A DNA stretch of 64,000 nucleotides from Takakia lepidozioides (taxonomy: Eukaryota > Plantae > Bryophyta): assembly GCA_030704615.1 (NCBI GenBank), contig CM060731.1, positions 35,588,001 through 35,652,000 of the forward strand, given 5' to 3'. Positions 50,421 to 63,818 of this stretch are shown here, one piece after another; the first letter of the stretch is position 1, and every line of letters starts with the position of its first letter. The notes beneath the pieces were generated by a model. The model was not told the origin of the DNA. It saw only the letters and a list, made by a program, of their open reading frames with translations, and searched no databases. A program made the translations under genes and the position numbers.

Positions 50421-51259
50421 CTTCACACCGGCCTTCATTTTGCACTTTCACGAATTTTTCCACCTCATGTGCAAGGCACACAATATTTCGGTTAGTGGAC
50501 AGTGCCTAGAGACTTACTTTCATGGGGTACAGCATGGGGTACAGCACATACTTGTCCCATTCTTGGGATAAAGGTCAAGCACATTCATCAATTGATAACT
50601 ACGTTGGCACTACAATGCCTAAAACACTTGCCAACACACACCGGTTTTCCGCACATGTACATACCTACCTAGCCCTTACAACATCTTCCCAAATTTTAGG
50701 AGTTTTCATTGTTGATTTGGGAAATCAAAACAAATGCGAAGACATTCAATGAACAACTTAAGTACATAAAGACTCGAGATAAAATGAGCACAAGATGAGT
50801 AAGAACATGGTCAGCGTTCTCTCAAACCTCTCCCACACTATGTGTCACGCTTTCATAAAGAACCAGAATCTTATGCCCCGTCCAGTCAATGAGCATCCTA
50901 TTCGCAAGCCAAATATTGATGAGCAGAGAACAATAACAAAGAAGCTAAAGGATGACAATCGGCGGCCTTATTGAAGATCACCACAACGACCAAACAAAAG
51001 ATCAATGACACAAACTAAAGATAGCTACTGTGGACATCGAATATTGCACCATGATGTAGTTCATGAGTCAAATTTGTTTCCACCTTTTTCATTGCAATTT
51101 TGTATAGTCGGCACATTGAACACTAAGCATGCAGCTCCATTGAACATTTGATGGTCCATTTCACCGCTTCAATTCTGTGAATTCAAGTTTCGCGTATGTC
51201 TATTATTTCTATCCACTTCGATTTTGTTAACTATTCAAGCATCTCTGTGTGGTCGCCTG

Positions 51260-51975
51260 TTACCAAAGGAATGTTTCAAGATTAACCCTTTGGTCTGTGC
51301 CTAATCGCTCGGCACCTTCAAGAGTAGGTTCATCATCATTTTCTTGTGCATTCTTATCTCTGTGAACTGGATTAGGCTTTCTTTCAAACTGAGGACCTAT
51401 TGCTTCTTCATTTGCCTTGTGATCGAGTTGCTGCATCAATGAGTCCACGTCAACATTTCTTCCGTCCAAGATCAAGTTGTACAACATACAACATGCGATA
51501 ACTACGTCCGAGATGAATACCACATTGAGACTCGTTTTCAGTAAGTTTTCATTAAAACGCCAAAAGACTTCTCGATGACGCTCCTACCTGTGCAATGGTG
51601 CTTTTAAATAGAGCTTCCAAGATTGTATGTCTGGAATTGGCCAGCTATTTTTGTGGAATGATCATGAGCCAGGGAAGTAAGGGTAACCCTTATTCCCCAA
51701 CATGTATGGTTTTATGTTGTCCTACCCGAATTCCAAAATGAATATGCCTTTATATGTCCGTTGTTGGTAAAGAACAGATAAACGGAGGCCAATTCGGGAG
51801 TCATTCATGCTCCCTAGCATGCCGACATAGATGTCTGTGAATCGTTTTTCATGATCCACAACGGCTTGTAATTGAAGACTGTAGTGTTTAGATTTATATG
51901 AGTAATAGTCATCAGACAATGGGCCTCTTGGCTTCTGAATATGAATTTGTGTCATGTCGATAGTTCCATATTGAC
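51260..51975 (-). pseudogene. PIF/Harbinger (HARBI1-like, DDE_Tnp_4) transposase remnant
   Basis: GTIDMTQIHIQKP...YSLQLQAVVDHEKRFTDIYVGMLGSMNDSRI, PYMLGNKGYPLLPWLM, RSVIEKSFG and VVIACCMLYNLIL, interrupted by frameshifts. Confidence 0.88.
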
Positions 51976-52258
51976 GAACGATAGGAAGAGAGAGATGACT
52001 CCGGCTTGTAGCCGGCGTAACTACGAGCCGCTTCACCTTGCGCCTACTGCCCCCTTTCGGGGGTGGGCCCTATAAAAGCTAGGGGGGTGCCCAGAGGGCA
52101 CCCCGGGGACCTAGGGTAGGTGGTTTGGAGGGTACCCCCGGGGTAGATGCGGAGTCAGGAGGTCAAAGAGGTATGCGACTCAAGTTGTCTGTTGGTGATA
52201 ATAGCGGTGAGGGAACGGAGTACCGTCAAGTGGATAGCTTTAAAACATTTGTGGGATT

Positions 52259-53792
52259 TTGAAGTTAAGGGCAGAGATACTGGCATTGTGTATTGAACGG
52301 TGGGAAATCGATTCAGACGTGCTTCGCTTTAGTGTATCTCCCTCTTTGCATGTCAAGGCCTACTCATCTATGATGGCCTATGGCAATCACTATAGGCACC
52401 TTCAACATGGTGATGGACGACAACACGTTACTTTTGATAGTGAGGTATGTTCAACATTTGAACAAGAGACTGAGAAGTTCTGTTGTAGACTCTAATTCAG
52501 TTAGGCTTCACTTCAGTATGGGGGAGTGATCAAAGAGATCTTAGAAATGCAATATGGCACACTACAGCCTATCATTTTCATGTGCACTTGGGTGAAGGCG
52601 AACATGGTGGGTCGCAATGCCACCATGAAAAAAGATGCACATGGTTTCACTCTGGTAGTCTTCAATCGTACCCTTCCTGAAAATGACCAGCCATTCATTT
52701 ATCCGTCACAAGTAGAGCAGGTATATTTTTATGATGATACTGCAGTGAATGCCGGTTGGAAGGTTGTTTTGCATAAGGACCCAAGGTCGCGGAGAGTGAT
52801 TGGCAATGTTGAAAATGTTTCTATTGGAGAGTTTGATGGAGATCAAGCCCCTGAAACTAGACCATAAGTTCAACTTAGAATTCAGCCAACATTTAGGGTT
52901 CCATCATTACAAGAACAGGACATGGCCGATTCCAGTGAAGAGTTTTCACCTGAATTAAGCTATTCATCAAGCGATGACGACAATTAGAAATCTGTATGTA
53001 AGTAATGCAGGTCTGGGAGGAATGGGTCTTGCAATTGTTGCACAATTACGTTGTGGAGACCTGCATACATTCCATGATTGGTTGCAATGGGGTATTGGTT
53101 TTAAGTCCTCATCTCTCTATGAAGAGATAATTAATGCAGCCCTGATTAGGGATCAGCCTCTACAACAAATTGCATACATGACATTTTGCAAGCGACGCTT
53201 CTACTGAATAAAACTTAATTAAGGTCTCCACATCAACCCTACATAGTATTGTTTTTACAAAATTGCCAATGTAGTTAAGTGTCCAATTAAATATCAAAAG
53301 TAGTGAGTTTTATTAGATGTAGGTTTGGATCGGACATCACAGAATGTGCATTAAGCGTCGTAGAAGGTCTGTCCAAGCTGTAGTTTCCAAAACCAGTACA
53401 TTAAAATCATTTTTTAAACTATATATTAATTATTGGCAATCCATTTCACTACAATTTGCCCACATGTCATACCATCAATTTTGTAGTTGTTTTGTTTACT
53501 CATATTTATCAACCTACAACCATTTCACACGTATCGTGCCATTCTAGTCAAACTATAGTAAATATTTTCACTGGTATTTTCTGAAATTATGTCAATGTCT
53601 AGATGAATGTGTCAGTACTAGATACTACACAGTCTAACACTTCTACAGTAGTGAAATGTGTAACTAGTACATAATGAGTTTACTGTGGTGTCAGCAATTT
53701 TTAACTATATAGTGAAAATAATAGTGAAAGGTGTCAATAGTGAAAATGATAGTGTAACGTCGATGGTTGGAGATCCCATGGGTGTTGTAGTG
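52259..53792 (+). mobile_element. CACTA/En-Spm remnant: transposase C-terminal (DUF4216-like) region and probable right end
   Basis: YGGVIKEILEMQYG...IFMCTWVK...DAHGFTLV...DQPFIYPSQVEQVYFYDD...WKVVLHKDPR, with a stop at about 52493. TAGTGAAA subterminal repeats at 53650-53755 and terminus TGTTGTAGTG (reverse complement CACTACAACA) at 53783-53792. Confidence 0.8.
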
Positions 53793-54940
53793 AAGATGAC
53801 ATACAAAACCTGTGCCAAAATGATCGCCTTCAAAGGCCTCATTGCGTTGAATTGAAACCAATTTTTCCAGATGAAAGGATGAAGATAAACAATTACTACC
53901 TTCATGTTGCTTCATCAGTTGCGCTATTGCAAGATAATAAGTATTCCTAGGTCCGAACATTGCTTAACATACATACTAACATTCCTTGAGTCTAGTAATC
54001 ATCTTTAGTTGACCTTTAACTCCCTATAAGTGTGTTTTTTCACTCCCAAAAATTGCTACCCCTTAGAAGTAACATGAGGCTACCCACCTACCAACATTCG
54101 TCCATTCAAAGTGACCGCACATGTACATACCTACCTGGCCCAAGTTACAACATCTTTCCAAATTTTAGGAATGTTCACTGTTGGATTTGGGAGATCATAG
54201 TGAGACCATTTTTTTTTTTTTGTTTGGAGAAAATATTCCTTTGCTTAGATCAAACATGTTGAGGGGCTTTCAAGTTTTGAATTTTCCAAAAGAATTCATA
54301 ATTAGTAGTCCAAATGCCGAGTGCATGCCAATTTTCACATGAAACCAAGATTTTTATTGCATATTGCTTTGTATGGGTTTTTGTGAGGGTTGACACATAA
54401 TCCATCAAAAATAATAAAAATAAAAATAAAAATCCATCACAAGCACATTCAGACCTTCTAAAACGGGCCACGCCAAAACCCATAATTTAACAAATCCATC
54501 TGCTGGTTGGAACAAAAAGTATTGTGACATTCTCACTGAATAGATTATGAAAGGGAAAAATTGACTCCCAGAACATAATGTTTATTGATCTATTTTAGCA
54601 ACCACTCTCCTAAGTTTTATGCACTGAGAGACCCAAAAACACTCACCCTTTCTTGGGGATTATAAAATAAATATTAAAATAAAAATAAAAATAAAAAATA
54701 AAACCCTCACTGATTTGAAGAAGCAAGATATTTTCTTGAATGTTTGAAACTGTAATTTGACAAAAAAGAATAAAATTCGAGGGCTTCGACTATCCCCTCT
54801 TAAGAAAAACAATTGATGTCGCAACGGATGTGTAATGAGTGAACTTGACAGAGGATGGACACATAAACTGCTAAGTTTATTCCCAGACTTTCATCCAAGC
54901 CTCCATAACACTAGCCAGCTCGAAGTAACAAGGAGCAATC

Positions 54941-56008
54941 CTACAAAGGGAATGGAGGACTCAGTTTGTTCCAAGCTTCGATCCACACCTCCATGGAGTC
55001 AGCCAGCTCCGAGAACAGCGGGTCTAGAGACGAGAGCTTGATCTTGACTTGCTTGGCAAGCTCTACGTAACAATCCGCCACATTCAGAGCATTCTTCGAC
55101 AAACGCACCGACTGAAAGAAAGGGATGATCTCTTCCTGCCAAAAGATGCCCTTATAATCCTTACGCAGACTAGCCAGTGCATTTCCACGCTTATTGCACC
55201 AAACATACGGTAGGCCTGATTTAACACCATATCCGAAGTGATCACAGATGACTTTGCAGCACAATCCAGTCCAGATGTCGTCAATGGCCTCGTACCGGCC
55301 GGGCTTATTACTACTGCCAAGACCCACCAATCCAGAGAACATGGCAGGTCCGATCCGTTTCTTGTCAAATGCCAAGTTGATGCCACTCATGGGAAACAAA
55401 GCGTTTTTAGGAACTGTGATCACTGCGTCCACATACTTGGTATTGCGTTCATTTGGTTTCACAATTTGTGTGGGTGCATCGTAATCTGGAACATTGAGCC
55501 ACAGCCCGTGAGAGATGGCAGTAGGAACACCCACCCTTAGACTGAAAGGGTAGCCCCGCACAAAATCACAGCCCTCTCTGTAAGGATCGTACAAGGTGTT
55601 GAAGAAATATGGTACCGAGTTTATCTTGAGGTTTGAGATGTGCTGTTCTATGGGGTGAATGCGATTCCCTTGTGGATCTTGTGCAGGTATACACTCGTCA
55701 TCCACTGTGTAAATGTAACGCTTCTTGGATATCAAGTATCCGAAACACCGGCTTCCACTACCCTTGAAGTTCAATGATGTTGCAAGCTTGGGGCCCAACA
55801 TCTCAGTGATGTCACTTGGTGTGTAGATATTTGCATCAAACCCCCGCGGCACTTCCAAGGGCTGCTCTAGCTCTACGCCCTGAACGATGATGAGATGATA
55901 TGGTTGTAGAATTGGCCGCCATGCCTCCAGAAAACTCAAGTCTGGCCGAAGTGCTCCAATCACCACATCCACTTCCTCCGGGCGTATTGCAGGCATACTC
56001 GTTCCCAT
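54941..56008 (-). CDS. RGP: UDP-arabinopyranose mutase / reversibly glycosylated polypeptide (GT75), intronless
   Basis: 355-aa ORF with [61 protein letters not shown] and [15 protein letters not shown]. Confidence 0.95.
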   Translation of the reverse strand: MGTSMPAIRPEEVDVVIGALRPDLSFLEAWRPILQPYHLIIVQGVELEQPLEVPRGFDANIYTPSDITEMLGPKLATSLNFKGSGSRCFGYLISKKRYIYTVDDECIPAQDPQGNRIHPIEQHISNLKINSVPYFFNTLYDPYREGCDFVRGYPFSLRVGVPTAISHGLWLNVPDYDAPTQIVKPNERNTKYVDAVITVPKNALFPMSGINLAFDKKRIGPAMFSGLVGLGSSNKPGRYEAIDDIWTGLCCKVICDHFGYGVKSGLPYVWCNKRGNALASLRKDYKGIFWQEEIIPFFQSVRLSKNALNVADCYVELAKQVKIKLSSLDPLFSELADSMEVWIEAWNKLSPPFPL

Positions 56009-57977
56009 CTCGTGACTAATGCAGCAAACTTGATACCTGATAATCTTAGCAAGCCAGCGTCTAACTAGTCGTTCAATCCAAGAACCTCAGATAAGATTAT
56101 GGGCTGCTAAAAACCTGCATCTTGGGCACATGGTTCCGCCCACCTCACTGAATACTCAGACTATCAATCCTCCTATCAAGTGCCTTACAATTGTTCAACC
56201 TTTTGTCCGATATCAATTCTAAACTCAGTTCCTATCAATATTTGGGCAGCAATCGATCTACTTCCGCCTCACACTCTCTATTCTCCGCAGCGCTCGAGTG
56301 TTAATCCCCCTCCCCCAGATTGCGAGGACACACTACTACCCCGGTGACTACATCAGATCCTGCGCTCTTCGAATGTCGCTGCCGGCCCTGCAGCCCTGGG
56401 AAGTGTCGCTTTTTCCTTTATCCATCTTATACTATATTTGATCCGCAGGACTCAGACAAAGTCTGGCTCTCCATTACCGTAGTACCTTGGCAACTTCGAC
56501 ACAAATTTTAATATTTCAAAGATTGTTGAAATTTTTGGAAATTGATTTTGTGAAATTAAGGAACTTTGTGAATTGATAATAAAGCATATTTAGGAATATT
56601 CCATATGTTGAAATGAAATTCTCAAAATAAAATAAACATTCGACATATGATTGTTGATCTTGGCTAGGTACTACGATATTCCTTTGGATTTTTGCATTTC
56701 CCGCGGACATGTATTGTGTTGTTACTACTACAAACAAATTCACAAGGCAGGTGTCAGGGTTAGTTGGAATAGTTGCTACAATCTATTGGAACACAACCCC
56801 GACAGGCAAGGGGGTTCAATAGAAGGTTCTATTTTTCTCAGACAACTCACATCAATATTTGGTGAACCAAGTCAGAGATGGTAGGCTTCTTCAGGGAAAA
56901 GCAATCACAGGGGCAAAATTCACCATGTATTTGTTCTGTGAATTCTGCCTACTATTTTGACATATTGTGCAAGCACTGCATCTTAAAGACCATTTCAATA
57001 CTGAGATTGGAGAGCACAAGTCTGGATGTGCTTGGATGCAACACGCTCGTTCAATATACTGTAATTTGTAAAAGCATCTCGAGCATGGAATTGAGCGATT
57101 CCCGGATAGATAAACCATGTCATTGCAGCCACAATCATGTCAAAACTGCTCAATTTCCCTTGCAATCGTTTAGGATCTCCTGGCCCTTCACACACTCGGA
57201 TCCAGCGCAGTATATCTCTACCTGAAGGATTAGAGTGCAATGCCCATATGCATCAGACACGGGACAGGAGAATGAAGTGAGAAATTGAGGAGTAGGCCAT
57301 CATGAGCAGCCCAAAGAGTATGACCCAGCAGACAGCTAGGCCTCCCAGTGCAACCTTTCGATGTGCGTCAAGGTCCCCATACCCGGACAATGCGGAGTCC
57401 CATAACTGCACAACCATACTGATGCATCAGAATTGAAAACCAAGCCTCTTTTGGGGTCCTTTGTACTGTACACTCAACTACTGTGTCCTAAATTTATGAG
57501 CACAAAGTTACATAAAATGAGAATGTTATTCATTAAGTCTGTGAAAGACTTCTGCCTCAGGGTAGGCTTTGTCAAGGCTGGTTTATGCTAGCCCACAATC
57601 TAACAGATGCTTTCCCCCAGTAAAATTTGAGCTCTACACACGCCGAGTGAGCCACTAATGCTCTACCACCACACCTAACAACTGGACCTAGTGCCATCAG
57701 TTGATTTCTCAAAAAACATTCTGAATGAGAGTTGTATTGCATGGTAAGACCTACCGGGACCATGCATAGAACCACAGGTTTTCCTGTGGATGTTCATACT
57801 TGCTATAATCAGTGCATTAACTCCTACTATCTCAGCTGTTGTAAGTCAAAACAATAGTCACTCATGTAAACAGCACACAAGCGACAACAGCAAGTTGGGT
57901 GACTCCCAGTGGAGTATACAAAGTTGCAAATGATAAATCTTCCCACCATATCCATCTCTCACTCCACAAGTTTCATT

Positions 57978-60900
57978 CTAGCAGGACAGCTGCTGCCAGC
58001 CTTGTGTGGGACATCCAAGCTCATTGCTTTGCAGGAGCCCGATAGCCAAGCCAGACTGCATCAAAAGAAAGCTGCGAATGACTGAGCCAGCAAAGGAGGC
58101 TTAACCAAAGGATACCTCAGAAGTCAGGACTGACCTGTGTGAATATTGCTGGTACGGTGAGTTTGTAAGGCAGATTACGATCAGCACGCTGTAGTGCGAA
58201 CTCCAACATTTCCAATAAGCATGTGTCGGATGTTGAACAACTATCCTCCTCATCCTTTACACGGCCTGTGAAACCTGTATCACATTGAACCCGTGTCATT
58301 CACTCCACATGTCGTATGCCGATTCTGCTGTAGTTATTAAGAAGTGTGTCCACTCAAATAGCCACAAGTTTTCTTGACCTATGAATCCACATGGAAATCC
58401 ACAGAGCATGAAGCACCAAGGATGATGGCCTCAGGCCTGACATGGATACAAGAAATTGAAACAGATCCCTCTGAAAGAGCAACGCAACCTCCGTGCCTGT
58501 TGGAAGTAGGGGAGTTGTTTTCATCCATCGAACCACTCAACAGTGCTTCCATGAAAAAATAGCAAGACCCTCTGGTACGAACCTGCAATGTCAAAAATGT
58601 GGTCCACTGGGGAGACACCGAGCAGGTCGCCCAGAAAGATGCGTGTGCTGAGGCGGTCATCATCATCCAGCTCATCACCATGTGTCATCACCACAACCGG
58701 TCTGTCATCTGCATGTCAAGTGTATATCATCAACTGTAGGCTGGGCCCCATCTTAGAAAAGGAATTACGACCCCACTTGTCAGTAATAGTAGATGTCCAA
58801 CGTACACAATGCTGACAGTTTGCTACCACCAGTGCTTTGTCAATGGCAGTGGAGGTGTCAGACTTGCTGCATCCAGGTGCATAGTGGCACTCGTGGAAAG
58901 ACAACTTCAAATACATAAACATTGTACAAAGCCTCATACAATGCCACATAATGGACCAGCAATGTACTCATTCTGTGACAAACATAAACATTTGTGGTTG
59001 ACTGAAGCAAGAACTGAAAGGGATGACTCTTTTGCAGGAAATTTTCACCCACCTTTGAAAGTGAGGAAGGGGCATTTGTAGAGCCGCAACAAGTTGACAC
59101 GTGTCAACAAGTCACCAGATTGTTGCATCTTGTGCACAGACATTGCATTGACCACAAAGATGACAAAGTTGACAGCCCTCTTCTTGCTCTGCTTGTGGTG
59201 ACCATGCCGCCCTTTCCTCTGAACTGCCTCCTTCACACGGCTGCTGTCGGACTCCCTGTGACAATCACCGTCTACCAAAATTTTAGTCACTATTATCCCA
59301 AGCTTGCTGCTCTAGTTCCAATATCTCTAGACCTTCCACCCCAATTTATAACTAAAGGTAGGGAGGAAGCATATTCTGCAAACTATGTCTGCAAAGCTCT
59401 CATCCAGCTGCAATCCTTGTGGTAACCAAAGTATCACAGTTGGAGGGAAATGAAATGAAATGGTACAGTTGGAGGGAAGAAGGGCACAAGACCTGATGAC
59501 CATCTGGCCATGGCGCACACCATGGATCATCCAGTTCTCTAGCACTGCCAAGCCATCAACTGTGTTGACCTCTGACAAGCCACGGCTGTCGAACACACAG
59601 ATATTGCTCTTGCCTTCACAAACCATGTACTCATCGAGGAAGTAGGTCCCATTCTCACTCGCATCCCCTGCTTGTTCTCAACACCCACATCACCGTCTTT
59701 TCATTCCCACGAGATAAAATTACGGAAGTACTGATACCAAAATTCTCTTCCTCATGTACAAAATGTGAGTTAGGTTGCTTTCCCAAAGAAGTCAGGAATG
59801 GGGCAAAAAAGAGACAGGCAACACAAGGAATCACAAAATAACCAACTAGAGAGCGTTTACCACTCAATTCTGCGTAAAAACATTGTGCACAAGACACAGC
59901 TCGTGAGTGAGTGTTTACCACAAACTTGAGCCCTGTCGAAATCCCGTGTCTTATTGTTGAGCACACGAATGAGATTGTTCACCAGAGTGCTCTTGCCTGC
60001 TCCCATAGCGCCCACCAGCAGCAGCGTGGTCACCTCAGGTATGGCAAAGTCACTCCTTCTCATGCCTCCCATCTCCACCAACCACTGTCCAGGCTGATAC
60101 CTGTGTTCACCCATCAATCACACAGCCATGTATATATTGTAATGCATATTTCTTCCTTCCACGTCAATCTCCGTGTAGACTCACACTGGCTTTGAAATCA
60201 ATCATTGATTCATCACCAACTGCAACAGAAAGCCGACTCTATCTTCAATTTAGTAAAAGATGCTTGTGAGGGTCATGCATGACATGCATTTTGGAGTAAA
60301 TTCAGGAGACAGCTTACCATTTGTTCTGAAAACTGTGTGTTTAGGAAAGATCCTTACAAATGTCTGTGAGGAAATGGGGGTAGCACGCCTCATGAAAACA
60401 GAGTCCATGTTTCCGTACCAAACACATGAGGATACTAAGATTACCTTAGATTGTCTTAAACGCAAAAGAAAGAACACCCAGTGGGCACCATCACCTTGCA
60501 TGTTTCTAGTAGTACCATGGTCAGTGATGGGTCTGGCACCAACATACCTGACCACCAACGTACCTGACCAACTTGCGCCGAATTTCTTTTATTCCTTCTG
60601 CTCTTTTCTGAAGCGACTGTGTCTGCAACTCAATCTTTTTCTTCAGTTCCGTGTGCTCGTTGCCTTTCTCCCATGGATTTTCCTTCTCCAAGGTCAATCC
60701 CTCGCAGATACCAGAATCTGGCTTACTTTCCTCCATGACAGTAGTCTCAACTTCAAGATCATCATCCTCTGTGTCCGTGGACGCCTCCGAGGGTGTCCAG
60801 TCACCGGACTCTGTCAGCTCCGTTCCTGTTTCCGGCCAAAAACACTTTGATTGCCTTAGAAAGACTAACAGTTCAGACACCGAATTGGGATGTTAATTCC

Positions 60901-61488
60901 AACCCCCCTGGTCTGAACGAACCACACCGGGAAACTTTCATTCTCTCACGGACTGCAGCTCACCCACACGAATAGTGCCTGAAAATGATCTTCTCACAGA
61001 AGATTTCAGGTCAGGGTTACTTGCAACGAGCACACGCAACTGTGATGTGTGATTTGTAACGAAGCTGTACTTAACCCAGAAATTGCTCACTTTCTGTATA
61101 GAATAGTTCTAATCCACAGCATTCTGAAAAATTAAAAAAAAAGAGGTAACATAGTGCTGAAGTAACATAGTTGCTTCTAACACGATCAAACGGCACACCA
61201 TTTCTTGCCAACACAAAATTGTATGGTTCTGCAATTTGGGGGTGCCAATTTGAGAGATGGCTGGAAGCCTGGTGAATTTTACTCAAGATTATAGCACTCC
61301 ACTATCGTGATACTGGCACAACATAACCGCATTCATTACCTTGAGCATGTGTAACGACTCACACACACAACGATGCCCCTCTGTAAACCCACTCCAATAC
61401 AACTGTGCTTATCAACAATGCATACTTTCCGAAAAACTGTAATTCCAAGAAGCCAGGCCTAGCGGAGAGAGAACACACCTCCACCCAT
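57978..61488 (-). CDS. P-loop NTPase of unknown function (At4g13030-like), multi-exon; 3' end uncertain
   Basis: Putative micro-exon ATGGGTGGAG at 61488-61479, acidic exon about 60864-60562, Walker A LLLVGAMGAGKSTLVN, CVFDSRGL, WMIHGVRHGQMVIR, VNFVIFVVN, DDRPVVVMTHGD and LEMLEFALQRADRNLP. A possible extra transmembrane exon lies at 57253-57418. Confidence 0.8.
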
Positions 61489-61895
61489 TTGAGATTTCGG
61501 TTTCCTGTGATATGTCGATGCAAATTGGAGGGATCGCAGGCAGAATTTCAGGCAGGACGACGAATTGACAGGAAGCAAGCCAAGCGAGCGCACCCCCCCC
61601 CTCCCTCCTCTCGCTCTCTTCTACCGGTGTAGCTGACAGTGTGCACGCAGGATGGCAGTCCACACTTTTCCGTCCTTTTTCTGGATGCATTTCGTTCCCT
61701 TCACATCCATCCCCTATCACATCTAACGGCTGGAAAGAGATCTGCATGATATCTACTGTTGTGTCGGTGGGTATCTATAATAAGTTAACTTTTCCGTTAA
61801 ACTGATTTCACATATTAGGTTAGCGTTTTTCTTTTTTTTCTTTTTTTCTTTTTTGAGGTTAGTATTAATAATAATAAAATCTATAAAATATAAGG

Positions 61896-62091
61896 ACCAA
61901 CAGTCAGTAGCTCGGTTGGTAAGTGCACTGAGTGCCACCCAGATGATTCTGGGGTCAAATCCTGCTACTTGACGGGTGGTATACTCGTCTCCCCCTTCCC
62001 TGGGCGGTGTCCCATTACACAGCCTCCATGGCGCGGTTACTGTGAAAGAGGTTATTTTCTCCTCTCACTAAGATCAAGGGGCCTGATTTGT
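61896..62091 (+). mobile_element. tRNA-derived SINE of the same family as 17514, 3' tail missing
   Basis: accaacagtcagtagctcggttggtaagtgcact...ggggtcaaatcctgctacttgacggg...gaaagaggttattttctcctctcact...ggggcctgatttg matches 17514-17680. Confidence 0.88.
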
Positions 62092-62900
62092 AGGGGCCGT
62101 GAAGGGAAACTCCCCCGAAAAACCCTAGCAAGCTAGCTAACACAAAGCAGAACAGAGAGAAGTGGTGAGGTGTATAGACAGTACTGAAGAGATTGCTAAT
62201 TGGGGAGAGATTACTGCGAGCTTAGAGAGACTAACAAGAGAATACTGAAGAGATTAGTAATGCTTAGACAGCATTAACATGTGGTAGCCACTGTCGATTG
62301 GAGGTAGTGGTATCCATTACGAGATTCGGGGGCCTGTTTGAGTTGCGGGGGAGCAGAAGAAGCTACAAGGGCGGAGGCAGAAGGGAGAACCACAGGCTGA
62401 GGTGAAAGCAACAGCTCCGGGTATCAGAATTTCAGTTGAGTTCTAAACTTTGGATCTCGAGCTCTTTGTGACGCCAATTGAAGTCTGCCTCCTCCCCCTC
62501 ACCAGGGGACTTCCCATTGAGGGGGGAATACAGGTATATAACACTGAAATTAGGAAAGGGCTTTGTAGCGGCTTCCATAGGTGTGCAGGGGATGGATAGT
62601 GAAGGAAAGAACGAGATCGTAGCAGGGACAGTGACCAACGCGAGCCGTTGAAGATTGTGGAAATCATGTAATTTTGTGGTGGGTATCTCTAGTTGAGGAG
62701 AAGATGTTATAGACGGGGTTGTGATGTTCTCTCGCCCCACATTTTTATTTGAGGATCTCAACTATTGTCTCCACCTCATTCTCTTCCTCAAACTTTGTCT
62801 TGAGGACTAGTGTCGTTCCCTTGTGATTAAGATATCGTATACGGGTTTTGTTCTACAGAATTGCCCTCTGTTTACTGGTTCTGCCCTGGGCTCGTATACT

Positions 62901-63818
62901 ATGGCTCTGGCGGTGGCTGTCAGGCCGCATGCGGGCCCGTCTGTTAGTTATGGGTTTAATTCACACTGCCAGGGTTTTCTATCCGAGGGCGCCAGAAGAC
63001 CCTCTGGTGGTCCTGCATCGGCATGCGGATCTTGTAACCTCGCAGCACAAAACCCTAACCGATTTAGAAGGCATGCTTTGAGGATAAGGTGTGAAGCTGG
63101 ACGAGATTTCGATGACCCTGCTGGAAGAATTGCTGAAGAAGTTCGAAGGAGGGCAGGGGATGCTGCTCGTGCTTTTTCTTGTAAAGCTCAAGACGTTTTG
63201 AATGATGTAAAACGCAAGACTCTGGAGTTTCAAGAGAATAATGATCTGCAAGGAAAGGCACGGAGGGCAGCAAGGGTGGCGAACCAAAGGCTGGAGGAAT
63301 TTGCATATGACATGAAGAGGAAGATTGGGAAATTGGACCAGGAATTTAGCTTATCACAGAAGGCAAGGCAGGTGGCGGAATATGCAGCTGAACAGGTCCA
63401 AAATGTGGACCGTCAGCTAGGTGCCCGACAGAAGGCCCGCAATTTGTCAGCAGATTTGCGCTTGAAATGGCCCACTTATCGGAGGCGATTGAGTAATTTC
63501 TTGGAGACACCCCTTGGCAAGAGTGTTTTGACATTGTTCATGCTCTGGTGTTTGGTGTCTGGATGGGCATTTCGAATCTTCTTTTTGTCGCTCTGGTTTC
63601 TTCCTTTTGCAGCACCATTGCTCTTAGGCACACTTGCAAGGGCAGCTGTTGTTGAGGGGGCATGTCCAAATTGTGGGGCACGGTATATAGGCGCTCGCAA
63701 CCAAGTGGTCACATGCCAGCGTTGCCGGGGTGTTGTATGGCAACCACGGCAAGACTTCTCTAATAAGAAGGATGAAGGCGATCCCACAATTATCGATGTT
63801 GATATTGACAAGAGTTAG
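62901..63818 (+). CDS. Plastid-targeted membrane protein with a CxxC...CxxC motif (At2g44870-like), intronless
   Basis: Transit peptide ending IRCEA, a helical region, WPTYRRRLSNFLETPLGK, hydrophobic segments, GACPNCG...TCQRCRGVVWQP and terminal IIDVD. Confidence 0.85.
   Translation: MALAVAVRPHAGPSVSYGFNSHCQGFLSEGARRPSGGPASACGSCNLAAQNPNRFRRHALRIRCEAGRDFDDPAGRIAEEVRRRAGDAARAFSCKAQDVLNDVKRKTLEFQENNDLQGKARRAARVANQRLEEFAYDMKRKIGKLDQEFSLSQKARQVAEYAAEQVQNVDRQLGARQKARNLSADLRLKWPTYRRRLSNFLETPLGKSVLTLFMLWCLVSGWAFRIFFLSLWFLPFAAPLLLGTLARAAVVEGACPNCGARYIGARNQVVTCQRCRGVVWQPRQDFSNKKDEGDPTIIDVDIDKS

Noticed and set aside
53447-53792. Stand-alone CACTA MITE (CACTACAA...TTGTAGTG)
   Set aside because: The flanking triplets (ttt versus aag) do not form a TSD, so it is treated as the right end of the larger CACTA remnant.
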